The notes under the pieces: generated by a model | Databases searched by the model: none | The model's input: only the letters and a program-made list of their open reading frames with translations | What the model was told of the DNA's origin: nothing | Origin: a virus | Lineage: Duplodnaviria; Caudoviricetes | DNA: 36,627 nucleotides | Virus record (IMG/VR): IMGVR_UViG_3300018414_000182 | Coordinates: 1-36,627 of that record | Direction: 5' to 3' (one strand) | Position numbers and translations under genes: made by a program | Part shown: positions 34,048 through 36,627 of the stretch, piece after piece | How positions within the stretch are numbered: position 1 is the first letter of the stretch | Layout: every line of letters starts with the position of its first letter

Positions 34048-36627
34048 ATGAGTAAAAATACCTCCGATCTGTCCTCCCACACGCCGATGATGCAGCAGTA
34101 CTGGCGCCTCAAGAACCAGCACCCTGACCAGTTGATGTTCTACCGCATGGGCGACTTCTACGAGATCTTCTATGAAGACGCGAAGAAGGCCGCCAAGCTG
34201 CTGGACATCACCCTGACGGCGCGCGGACAGTCGGCGGGTCAGGCGATTCCCATGTGCGGCATTCCCTACCACTCGGTTGAAGGCTACCTGGCCAAACTGG
34301 TGAAGCTCGGCGAGTCGGTGGTGATCTGCGAGCAGGTCGGCGACCCCGCAACCAGCAAAGGCCCGGTGGAGCGCCAGGTGGTGCGCATCATCACCCCGGG
34401 CACCGTCAGCGACGAGGCCCTGCTGGACGAGCGCCGCGACAACCTGATCGCCGCCGTGCTGGGCGATGAGCGCCTGTTCGGCCTGGCGGTGCTGGACATC
34501 ACCAGCGGCAACTTCAGCGTCCTGGAAATCAAGGGCTGGGAAAACCTGCTGGCCGAGCTGGAGCGGATCAATCCGGTCGAACTGCTGATCCCCGATGACT
34601 GGCCGCAGGGCCTGCCAGCGGAAAAACGCCGCGGTGTACGGCGCCGTGCGCCCTGGGATTTCGAGCGTGATTCGGCCCACAAGAGCCTCTGCCAGCAGTT
34701 CTCCACCCAGGACCTCAAGGGCTTTGGTTGCGAAACCCTGACCCTGGCCATCGGCGCCGCCGGTTGCCTGCTCAGCTATGCCAAGGAAACCCAGCGTACC
34801 GCCCTGCCCCACCTGCGCAGCCTGCGGCATGAACGCCTGGACGACACCGTGGTGCTGGACGGCGCCAGCCGCCGCAACCTGGAGCTGGACACCAATCTGG
34901 CCGGTGGACGCGACAACACCCTGCAATCGGTGGTCGATCGCTGCCAGACCGCCATGGGCAGCCGCCTGCTGACCCGCTGGCTGAACCGCCCGCTGCGCGA
35001 CCTCAAGGTCCTGCAGGCGCGTCAGTCCTCCATTACCTGTTTGCTGGACGGTTACCGCTTCGAACGGCTGCAGCCGCAGTTGAAGGAAATCGGCGATATC
35101 GAGCGGATCCTCGCGCGCATCGGCTTGCGTAATGCCCGTCCGCGCGACCTGGCCCGTCTGCGCGACGCCCTGGCGGCGTTGCCGGAACTGCAACAAGCGA
35201 TGAGCGAGCTGGAAGCCGACCACCTCAAGCAACTGGCGGTCACCACCAGCACCTATCCGGAGCTGGCAGCGCTGCTGGCCAAGGCGATCATCGACAACCC
35301 GCCGGCGGTGATCCGTGACGGCGGCGTGCTCAAGACCGGCTACGACGCCGAGCTCGACGAGCTGCAATCCTTGAGCGAGAACGCCGGGCAGTTCCTGATC
35401 GACCTGGAAGCCCGCGAGAAAGCCCGTACCGGCCTGGCCAATCTCAAGGTCGGCTACAACCGCATTCATGGCTATTTCATCGAGCTGCCCAGCAAGCAGG
35501 CCGAGCAGGCTCCGGCGGACTACATTCGCCGACAGACCCTCAAAGGCGCCGAGCGCTTCATCACACCGGAACTCAAGGAGTTTGAAGACAAGGCGCTTTC
35601 GGCCAAGAGCCGTGCCCTGGCCCGGGAAAAGATGCTCTACGACGCGCTGCTGGAAACCCTGATCAGCCATCTGCCACCGCTGCAGGACACTGCTGGCGCG
35701 CTGGCGGAGCTGGATGTGCTGAGCAACCTGGCCGAGCGCGCCTTGAACCTGGATCTCAACTGCCCGCGCTTTGTCAGCGAGCCGTGCATGCGCATCACCC
35801 AGGGTCGTCACCCGGTGGTGGAGCAAGTCTTGACCACGCCTTTTGTGGCCAACGACCTGAATCTGGACGACAACACGCGGATGCTGGTGATCACCGGTCC
35901 GAACATGGGCGGTAAATCCACCTATATGCGCCAGACCGCGCTGATCGTGCTGCTGGCCCATATCGGCAGCTTCGTCCCGGCGGCCAGCTGCGAGCTGTCC
36001 CTGGTGGACCGGATCTTCACCCGGATCGGCTCCAGCGACGACCTGGCCGGTGGCCGCTCGACCTTCATGGTGGAAATGAGCGAAACCGCGAACATCCTGC
36101 ACAACGCCACTGAGCGCAGCCTGGTGCTGATGGACGAAGTGGGCCGCGGCACCAGTACTTTCGACGGACTTTCCCTGGCCTGGGCTGCGGCAGAACGTCT
36201 CGCCCAGCTAAGGGCCTACACCTTGTTCGCCACCCACTACTTCGAGCTGACGGTGCTGCCGGAAAGCGAGCCGCTGGTGGCCAACGTGCACCTCAATGCC
36301 ACGGAGCACAACGAGCGCATCGTCTTCCTGCACCATGTGCTGCCGGGACCTGCCAGCCAGAGCTATGGCCTGGCGGTAGCCCAGCTGGCCGGGGTTCCCA
36401 GCGCGGTCATCAGCCGCGCCAGGGAGCACTTGAGCCGTCTGGAAACCACCAGTTTGCCCCATGAAGTGGCGCCTCCAGCACCGGGTAAAACCTCGGTTCC
36501 CCAACAAAGCGACATGTTCGCCAGCCTGCCGCATCCGGTGCTGGACGAACTGGCCAAACTGGATCTGGATGATCTGACGCCACGCCGGGCCCTGGAAATG
36601 CTCTATACATTGAAGACGCGCATCTAA
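34048..36627 (+). CDS. mutS: DNA mismatch repair protein MutS
   Basis: [57 protein letters not shown]. Confidence 0.99.
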   Translation: MSKNTSDLSSHTPMMQQYWRLKNQHPDQLMFYRMGDFYEIFYEDAKKAAKLLDITLTARGQSAGQAIPMCGIPYHSVEGYLAKLVKLGESVVICEQVGDPATSKGPVERQVVRIITPGTVSDEALLDERRDNLIAAVLGDERLFGLAVLDITSGNFSVLEIKGWENLLAELERINPVELLIPDDWPQGLPAEKRRGVRRRAPWDFERDSAHKSLCQQFSTQDLKGFGCETLTLAIGAAGCLLSYAKETQRTALPHLRSLRHERLDDTVVLDGASRRNLELDTNLAGGRDNTLQSVVDRCQTAMGSRLLTRWLNRPLRDLKVLQARQSSITCLLDGYRFERLQPQLKEIGDIERILARIGLRNARPRDLARLRDALAALPELQQAMSELEADHLKQLAVTTSTYPELAALLAKAIIDNPPAVIRDGGVLKTGYDAELDELQSLSENAGQFLIDLEAREKARTGLANLKVGYNRIHGYFIELPSKQAEQAPADYIRRQTLKGAERFITPELKEFEDKALSAKSRALAREKMLYDALLETLISHLPPLQDTAGALAELDVLSNLAERALNLDLNCPRFVSEPCMRITQGRHPVVEQVLTTPFVANDLNLDDNTRMLVITGPNMGGKSTYMRQTALIVLLAHIGSFVPAASCELSLVDRIFTRIGSSDDLAGGRSTFMVEMSETANILHNATERSLVLMDEVGRGTSTFDGLSLAWAAAERLAQLRAYTLFATHYFELTVLPESEPLVANVHLNATEHNERIVFLHHVLPGPASQSYGLAVAQLAGVPSAVISRAREHLSRLETTSLPHEVAPPAPGKTSVPQQSDMFASLPHPVLDELAKLDLDDLTPRRALEMLYTLKTRI

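Noticed and set aside
33115-36102. 995-aa minus-strand ORF
   Set aside because: Only the last ~245 aa (PrtR) are real; the rest is the stop-free antisense frame of mutS, common in high-GC genes.

Overview
Pseudomonas fluorescens-complex (chlororaphis/protegens-like) chromosomal segment spanning the mutS-cinA-recA interval. Between mutS (+, right end) and cinA/recA (-, left end) lies a ~33 kb headless phage-tail bacteriocin (tailocin) island, all on the minus strand. Gene order is: PrtR-like S24 repressor, sigma70 promoter with repeated operators and a ~350 nt structured leader, holin, a P2/R2-pyocin-like contractile tailocin, two cargo genes (secreted GH18 hydrolase, signal-less fimbrial-fold protein), a second Mu/SfV-like contractile tailocin with two tail-fibre/chaperone pairs, then a shared lysis cassette (GH19 endolysin, i-spanin with embedded o-spanin), a Com-family zinc finger and an orphan gene. 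I found no capsid, terminase, integrase, replication or prtN-like activator gene. Double R-tailocin loci at this site are known in this species group. The less ordinary signals are: (1) a boxA-containing multi-hairpin leader ending in a terminator, in front of an operon with ~8 intrinsic terminators and no encoded antiterminator; (2) a prfB-like CUU-UGA +1 frameshift candidate in one tail chaperone versus a classical -1 slippery site in the other; (3) a four-copy tail-collar cassette shared by the fibres of both particles; (4) the cargo genes. All product calls come from motif recognition and synteny, not database searches.
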